From positions 6,108,389-6,172,388 of the forward strand of contig CM121343.1 of assembly GCA_051530055.1 (NCBI GenBank): a DNA stretch of 64,000 nt, read 5' to 3'. The stretch comes from Neoechinorhynchus agilis (Eukaryota; Animalia; Acanthocephala). The position numbers and the translations under genes are program-made. The notes beneath the pieces are model-generated. The model was not told where the DNA came from and did not search any database. It was given only the letters and a program-made list of their open reading frames with translations. Below are positions 48,101 through 61,705 of this stretch, piece by piece; position 1 is the first letter of the stretch; each line of letters starts with the position of its first letter.

Positions 48101-51100
48101 AAGAAATCTAAAATTTTGCCGATAAAATTTAGAGTGACTTCATCTTCACCGCCGATTATGTTAGAAAAACAGTAAACTCTATTAAATGTAAGATCATTAG
48201 TTTCTTTTTGTGCCATTTAAGATAACTGCACAAAGGGAATCGATTATATGTATTGAGAAATCTCATTTTCAGAGTGTTTCTATCATTGTTTTTCAATAAC
48301 AATATTTTACCGAAGATTCATGTGATCTGGTAATTTTAGGTTCAGTTGAACGGTGTTTTGTTACAGCTCAACGAGTTTCGGACAGACATGGAGTCATACG
48401 AAATGTTGATAATACGCAATAGATGTCCATCGCTGATTGAATTATCTGAGGCGATAACATCTTTATCGGTACGTAAGGTTAGTCCAAGAACTTATCTATC
48501 TTTTTTCGTAGGAACTCTCTGCCTCTATCGAAAAGAAGCATGAGGAATGTGCCTTGTATTTGCTTGAGAGGAGAAGGGACAATTGGTTCTGCTCGTTAAC
48601 TGAAGAAATTAGTCAAATTGATAGTTTTGAGGCAGATATTAATCAGCGATTTGAAAAGGTTGTTTCCAGTATTATTGACATAGTACAAAAGCGTGAAAAT
48701 TGGTCAATTGTCTAGATGAAAACTGAGGTTTACGCTCGGCAAAATTTGCTGGAACATGCCGCCAAGTCTAGCCAAAACTATGGCGATGCATTAGACAAGG
48801 TGGAAAAAGTGATAATGGAAACGAACTCGGCTTTAGATTCCTTCAATGATACCTGCTTAAGTACTTTGAACTCCAGATGCAATGAACTTAAAGTGAGTAC
48901 ATGATTCCGTCCATGATTTCCGTGAGCTGTATTTCGCATTTGAGTGTGAGGAATTCGGGACACGACGTGAAAATTTTTGCTTTCCCCACTAGCGCAATCC
49001 CGTCACATAAATGATCTCACTCGTCATGTGGTTGTTCCATATCTGCTCCCTTTTCTTGGTTTGGTGTGGAATGCTTGCATCAATGAACTGTAGGGGAGGG
49101 ATAATTTTGGTTGCTTAATCTGTCATCTCGTTTCGGCGGACAATACTGACAATTGAAATATTTTAGCAACTTAGCTCTGTGTTGGCTGAGCACTGCTACG
49201 CAAATCTCGACAACATGTCAAATAGTCTTAAGAATATCGAGGACGATCTGCTTGCCGTCTATGACAGAGCAACTGTTTTCGCTACCAACGCTGGAGACTT
49301 TTCTGAAGCAGCTGTTCAAATAGTTCCTGACACTGCTGAACTCAAACTGGCACATAGTGAAACGCAATCAAGGTTGGTGTCTATGATGTTTAATCCGCAT
49401 GAGCAATCCAATCGTGACGGCATTATCTATCCTAGGGTTGAACAAGGCATAAATCACTTACACGATATCTCAGAATTACTTTCAAGCGTTGATGAAAAAC
49501 ACGCTTTGCTACTATCTCGAGCCAATGACTTGTCTTCGAGCTTTCAAAAGATATGTGCAAATGCCATACTGCGATCTGAAAACCAAGGCGGACAGCCGGT
49601 AAGTGGATTTTTTATTGCTGCCCTTTATCTCATAAAACCTTCTTCGAATTTTTTAAGGAATGTCGTCAAAGTCTACAGAATCTACGAATGCATTTTTTGT
49701 CACATTCAGAGCATCTAACAGACATTAATGAATCCGCCGGAGCGCTGGTTGAACTCTTGATATCTAATCCGAAAATATTCAGACGCTCACAAGCCGACGA
49801 ATTGCATCAAGCGGTCACTAAACTAGTCAATGAATATAGACAAGCCATTCAATCGCTCCAATCAATCGATGAATCGGCACTGGATGATACAAGCAAGAGT
49901 TTATACGAAGACGAATCTGATGCCGATCACCGAATGGAATGTTCGAGCGATGTGATGACTGAATTTTCCAAACTTACAGAAATAATCAGGACAAGCACGA
50001 CGGCCATTGAGGATCTAAAGGAAAATATTTCTAGCGAAGAAAATGCTAAGTTTCAGCAAATCAAACGGGATTTGGCCGCAATGATAAACGATGCCTTGGC
50101 TCACGAATGTGACCATGTTATCGATGTGGACGATAATAAGATTAAAGATATTCGCGAATGCTGCCAGTCAATTCAAATGGATGTCGATGAGGTCGATAAG
50201 TTAATAGAAGATTTGTTGTCAATTAAAGATCACATAAAAAAACAAAGTATCTTAAAAGACCAGTATATTTGCCTGTTTAGAAACATCGAAGACAGTCTAC
50301 GTGATTTATCCGAATTTGTGACTTCTTCATTGCCAAGTGCCCACACCATATCGGATTATGAGATAGAGGTTGAAAACTCACAAGAAAAATTATCCGAGCA
50401 CAAGATTATAGGAGAACGGCTGGATGAAATGTACACCGTTATAGCAACTATTAACGAACGTCAAGACACCATATCAAGCGAGATCTCCGAATTATGTAGC
50501 CGACTTCAGGTGGACGAATCACCTCGAAGTAGTTTAAACATTATCAGCGAGGAGGCAGATTATTCTGTAAAATACGACGAATTAAGGAAGTCGTACGATC
50601 AACTGAGAAATCATTTGAGCGCTCGAGCGGGGAATGTCGAGGGACTTCTTCGTGGACTTCATTCATATACAAACTCAAGTCACAGTGCTTGGAAACTGGT
50701 CGCTGAATGCCAAACCACGATAGATTCCTTTGAGCTTATCGACGGATTTCCTGTTTCGCTAAAAGTTCTATCTGATCTTGAAGATGAATTGATAAAATTG
50801 CGACGGAGAACAATCGATGATGGTTGGATGATCGACGCATGCAGGGATCATTTCATTCGTTTGTATCCATCGAATGGTGTCTCCTCGTCTGTATTAGAAG
50901 AAGAAAAACGCGTTGAACAATTAGTTCAAAAGTGGACTGACCTCGGTCATTTTATTGAAGAGGCAATTATTGATATCAGAGATCAAATGGTGCTGATCCA
51001 GGCTTTAGATGAGGTTTATGAAAGTGTCTATGATGATTTATCGAACAGATCTAATCTCCTTAATATGCTATCGTTTTCTTCTTCTGATTCCTCGGTTCTT

Positions 51101-54100
51101 GCTCTCTCGCTACAAAGTGCGCTGGATCTACAAAATGATCATAACGATGGATATTGCCTCGTAACTCATGTATACTCATTATTAGAGCGAATTCAAGCCA
51201 GAGCAGAAAAGGACGGAGATGATGGCGGCTTAGAAGCAAAATGTTCTCAGTTGGGAAACGATTGGATGGACTTGGAAAGCAAAATCGCAACTGCCATAGA
51301 CGCCATAAAGGTTTGTGCTAAAATTATAGTTTTGGTTTCAATTTACTTGTCCTTAAAAGCAAACTCAATTGGTGGTCGATCAATTCAATCAAAAAATTAA
51401 TATTGCTAACGAAATTTTGGATCAAATAGACGAAGAGACCAAGTCGTGTATTGACAAGCATAATAATGCGCGACCACATAATGAGGTATAAAATAATTTA
51501 ATTTGTCAATATTTTAAACTAAGACTTTATATTTTTAATTCGAGGATGAATTTGTAGCGAACGTTGAAGAAGTAGAGTCTGTAATATGGAGATGCAGGGA
51601 ATTGGCATCTAAAGCGGCTGACCTATCTAATGTCCAGAATCTCAGTGAAGAATTGGACAGCTCGATTTTGGCTACGATGCAGCGACTTGATCGATGCAAG
51701 CTTGTGATTGCATCGGTCGAACAATCAAAATGTCGTTGGAAATTGGTACATGGACAAGATAAACCTGATTTTATTCTTGCTCTTGATAAATTATTAGCAT
51801 TTATGGCAGAACATATCAGCAATGGCACTGATGACGATTCAACAGTGTGTAAAGTGAGCAACCTTTGAGACATAGACAAAAGTTTTTACTTCATGCAAAA
51901 TTTAGGAAGCGGCGGCTGAGGTGAACAAGCAGTATCCCGGCTTGGTAGAAGAGTTTGTGGACTGGCCGATGCGACATGATAAAGAAGCGCAGAGGACTGC
52001 CTTGCAGCTTTTGTTTAATCTTACAAAAGCAATTCTTCGCCAGAGGTCACTTGTAGATAATTTGGCTTGCTTAACGTCGAAACCCAATCGAGACGATGAT
52101 GAAGTAACTGAAATCAACAGATTAAAGGTCAAGATTAGTCAACATAGACTTTACAAAACAGACGATGTGCTTACTGTCATTCATCGGGCAACTCTAAGTA
52201 AGTTAGAATTAGTTGACAAAATCAATGAAATCGAACTGGGCTGTCAGCGAGTTTTGATGGATTCTGATGGTTCGATCGAGTATGACATCGGGGAAGATAA
52301 TAAACTGTCGAAGTGTCAATTGGAAGAGATTAGTCAAAACCCAAACAGATTGGCTAAGCTACTTGAGGGTTGCCAACAATTGATGCACAAATTTCGCTCA
52401 ACTCCTGGCTCATATGAGATTATTCTTAACAACCATATTCTGATAACTATCATAATGAGAAACTCAGAGGATGTTAGGAAAGACATGAGCTTGTATGTTT
52501 CAGAATTTAAGGAGCTGGAACGAGATTGTTTGTGTCGACTGTCTAATGAACACGAGATAAGAGTTTCTGCAGTTGATGTGGAATCTGTGCTGATTTCAAA
52601 GACTCATTATATTCGCAAACTTGTGTCCGATATAAAAACGCAAATAACGGACGATACAACTTGCAATGAGCTTCTATATTTGCTTCAAAATCTGGAACGA
52701 ATATCGTTATCGATCGAATATACAAACAAGTCATTCTCACCTGTTCTTAAATCAACAAGTGAGGCGCGGGATGCGGAGAGTTGTTTAGACCAATTATGGA
52801 CCGACGTTCAGCGTTGTAAGGAAATCATCGGTAAGCGTCTGTCTCCTCATCAAATTCGGAGGATTGATAACGCTCGGACGCTTTTCGATGAGGCTCTTAT
52901 GCTTTACTCAGACTCTGTGAATACGCTTGATAAATATAGCTCACTGGAGTCCGTACTGAAACCCAAACAACTTGAATTTCAAGTTGACGAACTTGGTAGA
53001 GCCTTAATGGTCGTTCGTAAAAGTCAATCGATAATTAAACAAATTCGCGTTGAGGTCGTTGCTCTAGAGAAGTTCGCGATAGATTGCGATCGTATTGATC
53101 AAATTGTTAGTAAAGTCGGTGATTTGGAAAAGGATCAAGGCAAAGTCGCGGCTAAACTAACGGAAAAAATCAATCAAATAAAGCATGAAATACACCCCCG
53201 AGCCAAAACGTTTTGGGATGATCTTTGTAGTTTGAGAAACGAACTCACTGCTGCTCAAACTAAACTTTATGAAGCTTGCCAATCATCCTGTTGTAATAGG
53301 GAAAAGTGTGATCATGAAATGATCGATATACTCATTTTAAAGCAGCGGGCAATAACTGAGATTGTAGATGACCTCAAGAATCTCGAATCAATGGTCAAGC
53401 TTCAATCATCTCGGCAAAATTTGATCGATGTTGTTCATAAATGCTGTGATTTATACGATGAAAATGAGTGTTGTGAAGAGATCAATAGTTTGTTTGATGA
53501 AGTTAATCAAAGGCATTCTGTTCTTCTCATGGAAGCAACTCAATATGCCGAGATGGTAGCGTGTTGCATCGAGGAATCAAAGGAAATTCACCGTGAAATC
53601 GTTGATGTATGTGATTGGCTATCAAAACTTGAAGCCAAATTTACTCGGTTGAAGAATACTGATTTAAGCGAAAGTGATCAGGTTCTTTTAAGTGATTTGA
53701 ACGACTGCTATGAGTGTATCGACGAGGCTACTGCTAAACGAGCTTCCATTAGGAACATTGGAAGCAAATTGCATGATATGGAAGATGATACTCTTTGGCG
53801 GGGCGTAATTAAATCAGTAGATGGCTCATCGAAGAAACTCGAAAACGAATGCGACGATTTGCTAAGTCTAAGTATCGATAAAGCGAGTTCAATTGAAAAC
53901 GAGCTTGTAACGCGTAATTGCGATCAAGCTTTGGCCGATAATTTGTACGAGTGGCTTAGCGACATGATTGATAAGATTTCAGCGAGAGAAAAAGATGTTA
54001 TTCCACTGGTTTGTGCTGGCATTGAAACCCGAAAAGCTTGCTTTGAGGCAATTCACGCTCAACATCACCTTAAGCTTGAAATGTAAGTGTTATTTTTTAA

Positions 54101-57100
54101 TCCTATATTCAATTCGTTTTTCTTAGTTTGTGGAACAAGCTGAAAAAGGAAGTGAGCGAGCAGGCACTAAGTGTTAGAACGCACAAGCAACCTAATGAGT
54201 CGATTATGCGATTACTTGCCTGGATAAAATCAATGGAAACAATGTTCAGTCTTCGCTCAACCGATTTATCATTGGCTGGAAGTTACAAGATTCTTCAAAA
54301 GCAATATAATAAATTCATGGTTAGTAAATGTAGTTTCGCACTGAGCATTTTAGTTCACGAATCAAAAACATAGGTTACTTACAATGACATTTTGTTGCAT
54401 GAAGAGGATGTAACTCAACAAATATCCCAACAGTGTGATAGATTATCGTCCGAATCGAGCACGAATATGCAGCATGATAAGTATAGACTTATGATTATCC
54501 AAAGCAAGTGGGAACTGGTAAAGGAACGAGCTATGAAACGCAAGGAGACGCTCGAAAATGCTTTAAAGGATGCATCCAAGTTCAATGATGAACTACAGCT
54601 ACTGACCGTCAGTTTAGGTGATCTAGAGCATCGCTTAAATCAAATTGGTTCATCCAATAGAAACAGAGACAGTCTTGTACTGCAGCAATCACTCCATGAT
54701 GATTTTTTAGACAGTGTTGCTCGCGCCCGTGCTCAGCTAGTTTCGGTCGAAAAGTTAGGTACGAAAATTCGATTTTATTGCAGGCCAAGTGATGCAATTA
54801 TGATTCGAAATCTTCTGTTTGCAATGAAACGACGATACGACAAAGTAATTTCCCGTTCGTCGGAGAAGAGAAGGGCAATCGACCGTTTGCTTAAAGAAGT
54901 AGAGAGGTTTCATTCTATTTACGATAACCTCAATGAGTGGATGACGACTGTGATAGAAGTGCTGGATACAAACGACGTTTTATCAACTGACTTACACGAA
55001 GATGGTTCAAACGATCGTAAATACCACCAAAAAACACTAGATGAGCACAAACTCTTAATGCGTGAGATTGAGCTTAATCGTCCAGTATTTGATCAAGTGT
55101 TACGCCAATGTAATCGATGGATTTCCACATCGAATACAAGCGAAGAAAAATGTAGACTAAAAGAACTATGCAGTCAGCTAAAGGAAAACTGGCAAACCCT
55201 AGCTTCTTTGGCAACTAAGCGACGTCAAGATATCGAATCGTGTATGCTTATCCAGGGCAGAATAGAAGATTTATCTGCCAATATGCTTCATTGGCTTTCA
55301 GATCTGGATTCGTCGCTGAACCAGCAGTATCCATGCTTTGGAGACATATTGACAGTTTCTTCATTATGTGAAGCACACGAGAATGTTGTAATGAGCCTCG
55401 AAGCAGCAGCCGATCAGGTGGATATGCTAACTAATAAAACCCATCCAATGCGACTGCCCGAAGATAAACGATGTATCCTATCAGAACTTTATCAATCTGT
55501 AAAAGAAAAGGCTGAACGCCGGACCAATATATTAGGGCACGCGCTTAGTTCCGCTATTCAATTCGACGAAGAAATTCGAAGTTTTTTGAACTGGGCATAT
55601 GAAACAGAAGCAGGCTTAAGGTCTCTTCGCCGTTTTCCAGAAACCGACGATGACCTACAACATGTAACTCAGCAATTGGGCGAAAATTTAAGGAATATAT
55701 CCGACCATCAAACTGACTTCAACCAACTGAAGGATATGGCCTCCGTGATTCTTTGTTCTTGCCATCCTGATGCTATAGAAAGCATTAAAGAATGCGTAAA
55801 TCTCGCAGAAATAAGAATCAATGAGATCATTGGTTACGCTTGTGAGTTGGAAGAGAAGCTGAGCAATATTCTGAAGAACAAATTAGCGCATGATAAGACT
55901 ATAAGTGAACTAGAGAATTGGTTAAAGAAAATAGAGGACTATTTGGATGGGGTTGACATCGCTGTCAAGGAACAACTAAGTCCGCAAATTGCAGAAGAGC
56001 GCCTTGATCAAGCTGAACTCGTGTCTCAAGACTTGAAGCTCATATGTGGTCGTCTTGAAACTCTTTTTGCATCCAATCATACTGTCTCACAAATGATTTG
56101 TAGATCTGGCACACTGTTCAATCTTCTCAAATCAGCGAGAAAGACGTCGTCGATGTCGCAGGATTCGATTTCAGGCAAGGTAACAGATCTGAAAGCTAAG
56201 GCACTTTTAAAAAGACTTCACACAGCGGTACAGCGCTCTACCCACTATGCATCCAAGCTACAAGACTGGCTTGCGTTTAAATTTGGAAAGGAGGAAGTAA
56301 AGAATTTTGATTTCGAAAAATGGATTCGACGCAATGGCCCAGCGATCAAGTATTGCCGGAATAGACTAACGCAGTACTTTAGACGTAGGGATCAAGGATT
56401 GACGGACCGTGTAGATGTGGATGATTTTATCATTGGCTTGACGTCAGTGGCAAAGTTAACTACGGGTCGGTCTCAAATGTTTTTGGTGGCCGAACTTTTT
56501 CGAGATGGATCACGTGTTGGCGACGGATGCATGGTCAAATATAAAGAGTTTTTGAACGCTGCCACAAGCCTCGTGGATCAAATTCGTCGACGAAATCGGA
56601 GTGGAAGTGGCACACTTACCGTCGGACTCTCTCCGGGCAGTGGTGACAGAATTGGTAAGGAAATGCACGACGAAATTCGGATGTGTTCATGTTCGGAAAA
56701 GTATCAAATGCAGCCCGTTTCAGAAGGCAAATACAGTTTTGGAAATAATAAGCGAATTCATTTGGTTAGGATTCTCCGCAGTACGGTGATGGTTCGCGTT
56801 GGCGGTGGATGGGTAAGTTTGGCTGAATTCTTGGCGAAAAATGACCCCTGTAGGGTCAAAGGAAGAACTAATCTTGAACTTCGTGACGAATTCCTGAGCA
56901 ATACTGGAATCGATCCTCATATAAGTACGTCAACGCCGTCTCCTAGGAGCCCAACATTGCTAAAAACTGCGATTTGGTCTTCAGATATAAGTTCCGATAT
57001 GTTAAACAAAAAAGTGTCAAGTCAGGAGAAGTGCTTGATACATCATAGAAAGAGTTGCGAATTTCCAATTATTTCTGATAGTGAATCAGAAAAGGGAGCA

Positions 57101-57178
57101 AAGCGGCGAGTGCGATCAGGCGGTAGTTCAATGTACCGCCGTTCAACTGACGACCTCTCATCCAATTCACATCTGTAA
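36152..57178 (+). CDS. Spectraplakin (dystonin/MACF/shot family), multi-exon: unique N-terminus, many plectin repeats, spectrin repeats, degenerate EF region, GAS2 domain
   Basis: IDPxT..EAIxxGIID plectin repeats in 37720-47400; Trp/Leu-patterned spectrin repeats in 49700-56250; GAS2 motif LVRILRSTVMVRVGGGWVSLAEFLAKNDPCRVKGRTNLELR near 56760-56890. The GTAAGA donor at 37107 and TTTAG acceptor at 37644 are in phase with the 1900-aa ORF. Confidence 0.9.
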
Positions 57179-57381
57179 TCAAAATGCTAATAAAACCTGG
57201 TCGTTTTAATTCCATTTTAATTTATTATTCTACATCAATTTTTTAATCCTGCCCCGATCCACAACCCATTTTGTCGTATTACACGCATAAACTTCTATCG
57301 ATTTGTTGTCGTTTTTGTTACGACTGGCGAACAAAGTGAACATTTTTTTGAAACCTTGTGAGCGTGGATACTTTAGGTAAA

Positions 57382-58795
57382 ATGTTGGCAACTGTCATAC
57401 TTTTAATCCAGGTAAGTAAATTTTGAGGACACAACAAAATCTAAGGCTTTCATAGATCGCAGTATTATTTGGTTCATCTTCTAAAGATCTCGATTGCAGC
57501 ACCATAAACGGCCATTCAAAATTTAATCACTGTGCAGAAGAGAAGAAAAATCTGTGCTTCGTGGACGTTGAGTGCAGTAGTCAATTCGTGATAGTTGATG
57601 CTCGATTTCCTTTCAATTTATCATCGAAAATTCTAGGATTGGGAGGTTGGCTCAGTTCCGTTGTTTTAAAGAGTCACACAGAATGTTCTGTTCAGATGAG
57701 AATATTGTATGGCATTTCCAAAAATTCGGTCAACAGGAGGATTTGAGCGTACAAGACATTCATGCGACATTTCCGACTGAAGGAGTAGTGATCTCACAAT
57801 TATCTTTTGATAAAGGAATCTCCAAAAATCAAGCTGGAATCTATAAATGCACGCTATTAGATCAGAACAACAAATTACTTTTGTCGCTAAAGTTCTATGT
57901 CGATGTAAAAAGTATGCCTGATCATATCAATGCAATAATGATTATTGAGCGAATTTTGCATTTAGGTTCCGACACCGCTTACGCATTTTCGAATTGTTAC
58001 TTCGGTTGGCTAGATAAACCGTGTTTCGAGCCTTATTTTCATCCTTTCCACTCACTCGGTCTATTAAAAGAGGAAGAGAACTTTCTTCATTGTGCTGTTC
58101 GAAATCATAACGGTAATGATTGTTTTAAATAAAAAAAATGCGACATTCATTTTATTGTAGGAACTGTTGCGTGGTTATATGAGCACGATCAGCATCCCAG
58201 TGGATACATGATTATGGGAAATGGGCAAGCCGTACATTTATATATGGACCTCTATGACTATATGGTGGTTGCTAACAGAGAAGGGATTTATACTTGCATT
58301 TTACTGGATTCAAATGCTGAAACAAAGCAAGCTTTCACATACCACGTAGTCAAGCATTTACGTAGGTCGTTATTAACTTGATTAAAATGTGAGTTTGCGT
58401 TTTTAAAGATGAAATAGAAGCGATTAATGGAGAGCAGCAACAACATCCATCGAATCAGACCAATTATAATGAAGAACGAATCAATAATGAGCAGGCGACG
58501 GAATTTAATGATGTGTTTAATGAAGAACCTCCTTCTAATCGTTTGGTACCATCAACGAAAGTTAACGATAATGACAAGGACCATAGTCAATTCAGTCTTA
58601 GAGCGAGGATTCTTAGAAACTCCAACAATGATTATGAAAGTTGTTAAAAGAAGTTCTACAGAATTTTTGTTTATGTTCCATTTAGGCGAGCAAAATCGAG
58701 GATGGATCCCCTATAACAATGGAGCGGCGTCAAAGACAAATTCATGGTTTATTGCATCATTGGGTGCCGCAATTGTACTGTTACTCCATCTCTAA
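57382..58795 (+). CDS. Secreted, probably GPI-anchored protein with two Ig-like domains, multi-exon
   Basis: Spliced signal peptide MLATVILLIQIAVLFGSS; Ig motifs C..IVW..QAGIYKC and WLY..EGIYTC; an acidic linker; C-terminal NNGAAS plus hydrophobic WFIASLGAAIVLLLHL-stop after a 45-nt intron. Confidence 0.7.
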
Positions 58796-60097
58796 ATGCG
58801 GATTAGTGTGCCGTTGAGTGCCTCAAAAACATTGTTCATTTGATTATCTGATGGGAAAATAACCGGGTTCATGCCTGTACTGAGGTGTATCACCAGGAGA
58901 CATTCTCGTGATTATCAGCAAGAGTTTTTAAGTGTGCCATTTAAAGTGCTCTGAAAATATGTTGATGCTTTGGTGTAACTCTTAGGTACGAAGGCACAGT
59001 CTCGTTTTGTACTTAATGAAGTTGTGGAGCAAAACCATTAGAATCCACCCACTTTGAAATGGTTATGGATGTGTGATAAATAAACTGGCAGTTGAAGTTT
59101 ATTTGACAATTTTGTTTTTCGTATTTGTAAAGTCAAGAAAATAAATAAAAGCAATTTAAGATATTAATTTTAGAATCAATAAGGAATTTTTATTTTGCTC
59201 AAACACAGATTATCGTTAAATTTGATGAATACGCGTTGTATTTCGAACTCGCCTTCATTTTTATTATACCGAGTTTGACTACAGAAATTCCCAATTTCTC
59301 CCATGTTGACTCTACAGTTTGATTGCCTTGGGACATTTTCATAGAATATCTGCGCAAATTTGTTTCGTGTCTGCAGTCCCAGCGCTTCCGGATCGGACAC
59401 TGAATTTCGCAAAGCTACACAATGCATGCGAATTCCGTAATGAACTTAACGTCAAGTCTCACACGGTTATTACCATAAATGGGATCGCCGAGCGAGAGAC
59501 TCATTTATAAGAGTAAAACAACTCGCAATAATGCTTCCTCAATTATAATAGCATTATAAACATAGATTTTTCGCTAAGACATCCTTTTCTTCTTTGATTA
59601 TGGATCGTGCATGCAGGTCTAACAAAAATTTTGTGAATGATTATCGCATTAAACATCCTCGGTTGTTCCCAATTCTCCATAGTCATCTCAAGACAAATTA
59701 TGACTTTCTCTTCTAATAGTACCAACAGTGAGTTGGCTCATTATCTAAGCATCAATCATGTCATTGATCTGTAGAACACATCGTTTACATCGATGTTCTT
59801 CGATATAAATGTTGTAATCATGAAAGGGTCAGAACTAGGTCATTGCGATTTTACTGCTATCGAGCGACATAAACTCTTGCACCCATTCATTTCACTACAT
59901 GCCCGGTGAATCTAGATCCGGTTCTCTTTTGTCAGCAGCATATAAATATTTTAGAAGTAATTTTAGATCGTTAATGTGGGACATCTCAATGGTAGTCTAA
60001 TCGATTACGATCAATAGTTCCCTGGGTTTATTTAGACAAGATCTATTTAGGAACTTACAACATTGCTTCCTAATCTGTATTTTTAAGTGCAAACATA

Positions 60098-61705
60098 ATG
60101 GATCCTAAAAAGAAATCCGATCTATGCTTCTGGAAAGAAGCCAAATGTAATTCAATTAAGCAAAGTCAGTCGGCACTTTACTCTGAATACAAACATGCAG
60201 AGTGCTCAAAACATCTAAAGATGAAAAAGCAATTGCGTGATGTTCCTTCATTGAACCCAAATGTACATGATTGCTCAACTCGATCTCTACTAAAAGTGAC
60301 TGATGACAAATCATCAGTTAGTGATTATAAGAAGGAAGCGATCTCAATACTATGTCAACGGGATCAGTTCACTAAGTACAAGCAGAAATCGCTTCAAACT
60401 TATAATGAATTCGAAACGACCAAGCCAAACGCAGCATACGATGTTTCCAATGCAGGAAATGAACGAATTAGCATTATCGGCATGTCGATAGAGGATCTAT
60501 GTAGTGCCAATGATATCAAACGACCACTTATAGATCTTCTCGCACTTTTGTACTTTAAGGGAAGTGAAACACCGGATATATTTCGCCGAGCACCAAATTA
60601 CCGAAAGGCGACTGCTTTAGCCCAAAAACTATCTATCCATGACTACACACGGGAAAGAGGTATATCAGCATTGAACTACAATAACTCTAGGGGTTCAAAT
60701 CAAATATTAAAAAACTTACTTGAAGAGCCACACATGGTTGCCTCAATATTAAAACGATTTTTGATGCGTCTTGATAGACCATTTTTCGATGAAAGTATTT
60801 GCGATATGTGGAGTTCATTTGTCCATATCGACACAGCTAAAGAGGAAAATAATTTCGAGAAAATCAAGCTTGCGTTACAGCTGCTTCAATCGATGGGAAG
60901 TTCAAAGACGCTTTTTTGGAACTATTTTCTGATCGCATTGAACAAAATCCACCAAAATAAGACGTACAATCGAATGGACTCAAAAAATTTGGGTATCTGT
61001 ATAAGCGGAACCTTGTTCAAGAACGATTCATGTACACTGAACAGCGCCCACAACATGAGCAAAATAGCTGCTGATTTTGTAAGCTTCAATATTGAATTTT
61101 GCCACAAATTAGTTCCAGGCTCGCGTAAAATCATTCGCGTCTTAGAACTACATTTATTTAAATTGATTGAAGCAAGTGGAACAAGTGAAGTTATTGACTT
61201 TCAAAACGTTCAATCAAAATGCCCCAATATTGAAGACGAAAAGATCTTAACTCGCAAATCACCGTCCCTATCATCTACGATAAATCGGCATCTTGACACT
61301 GTACGCGATCGCATGCGTACTACAGCGAAACGTATTGATTTTAAGGCAAAAACATTCCGGCGATCGTCCCTATTGGAAAGATTACGAAGCAATGGTATGA
61401 AAGATTCGCCGACACACGAAAGCCATCGGGTTCACTATCCACGAATTGATGAACATACTGAAGGCTTCATGTCTTTTTCGCTAAGAAAAGCATTACAGCA
61501 TACAGTGAATTTGGAAGATGGTTTTTGTGGTACAGAAACATCGTTAATATCTTCCAATAGATGCACTGGTCGAATCATTTATCACTGTTGCCATTCGCCA
61601 ATCAGCATGCCAAATCAATGCGACCAGAGACCGAAAACAACGCATGAACGCAAAAGATCGGAAAGCGTTGGTAACTTTTCTACAATTGATAAGAAAAGGA
61701 GCTAA
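60098..61705 (+). CDS. RhoGAP-domain protein, intronless ORF
   Basis: Arginine-finger motif DIFRR, VASILKRFLMRLDRPF and NRMDSKNLGICISGTL. Confidence 0.85.
   Translation: MDPKKKSDLCFWKEAKCNSIKQSQSALYSEYKHAECSKHLKMKKQLRDVPSLNPNVHDCSTRSLLKVTDDKSSVSDYKKEAISILCQRDQFTKYKQKSLQTYNEFETTKPNAAYDVSNAGNERISIIGMSIEDLCSANDIKRPLIDLLALLYFKGSETPDIFRRAPNYRKATALAQKLSIHDYTRERGISALNYNNSRGSNQILKNLLEEPHMVASILKRFLMRLDRPFFDESICDMWSSFVHIDTAKEENNFEKIKLALQLLQSMGSSKTLFWNYFLIALNKIHQNKTYNRMDSKNLGICISGTLFKNDSCTLNSAHNMSKIAADFVSFNIEFCHKLVPGSRKIIRVLELHLFKLIEASGTSEVIDFQNVQSKCPNIEDEKILTRKSPSLSSTINRHLDTVRDRMRTTAKRIDFKAKTFRRSSLLERLRSNGMKDSPTHESHRVHYPRIDEHTEGFMSFSLRKALQHTVNLEDGFCGTETSLISSNRCTGRIIYHCCHSPISMPNQCDQRPKTTHERKRSESVGNFSTIDKKRS

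Noticed and set aside
37710-56920. Many 60-130-aa antisense or alternative-frame ORFs within the spectraplakin
   Set aside because: These are expected shadows of long coding exons and have no motifs.
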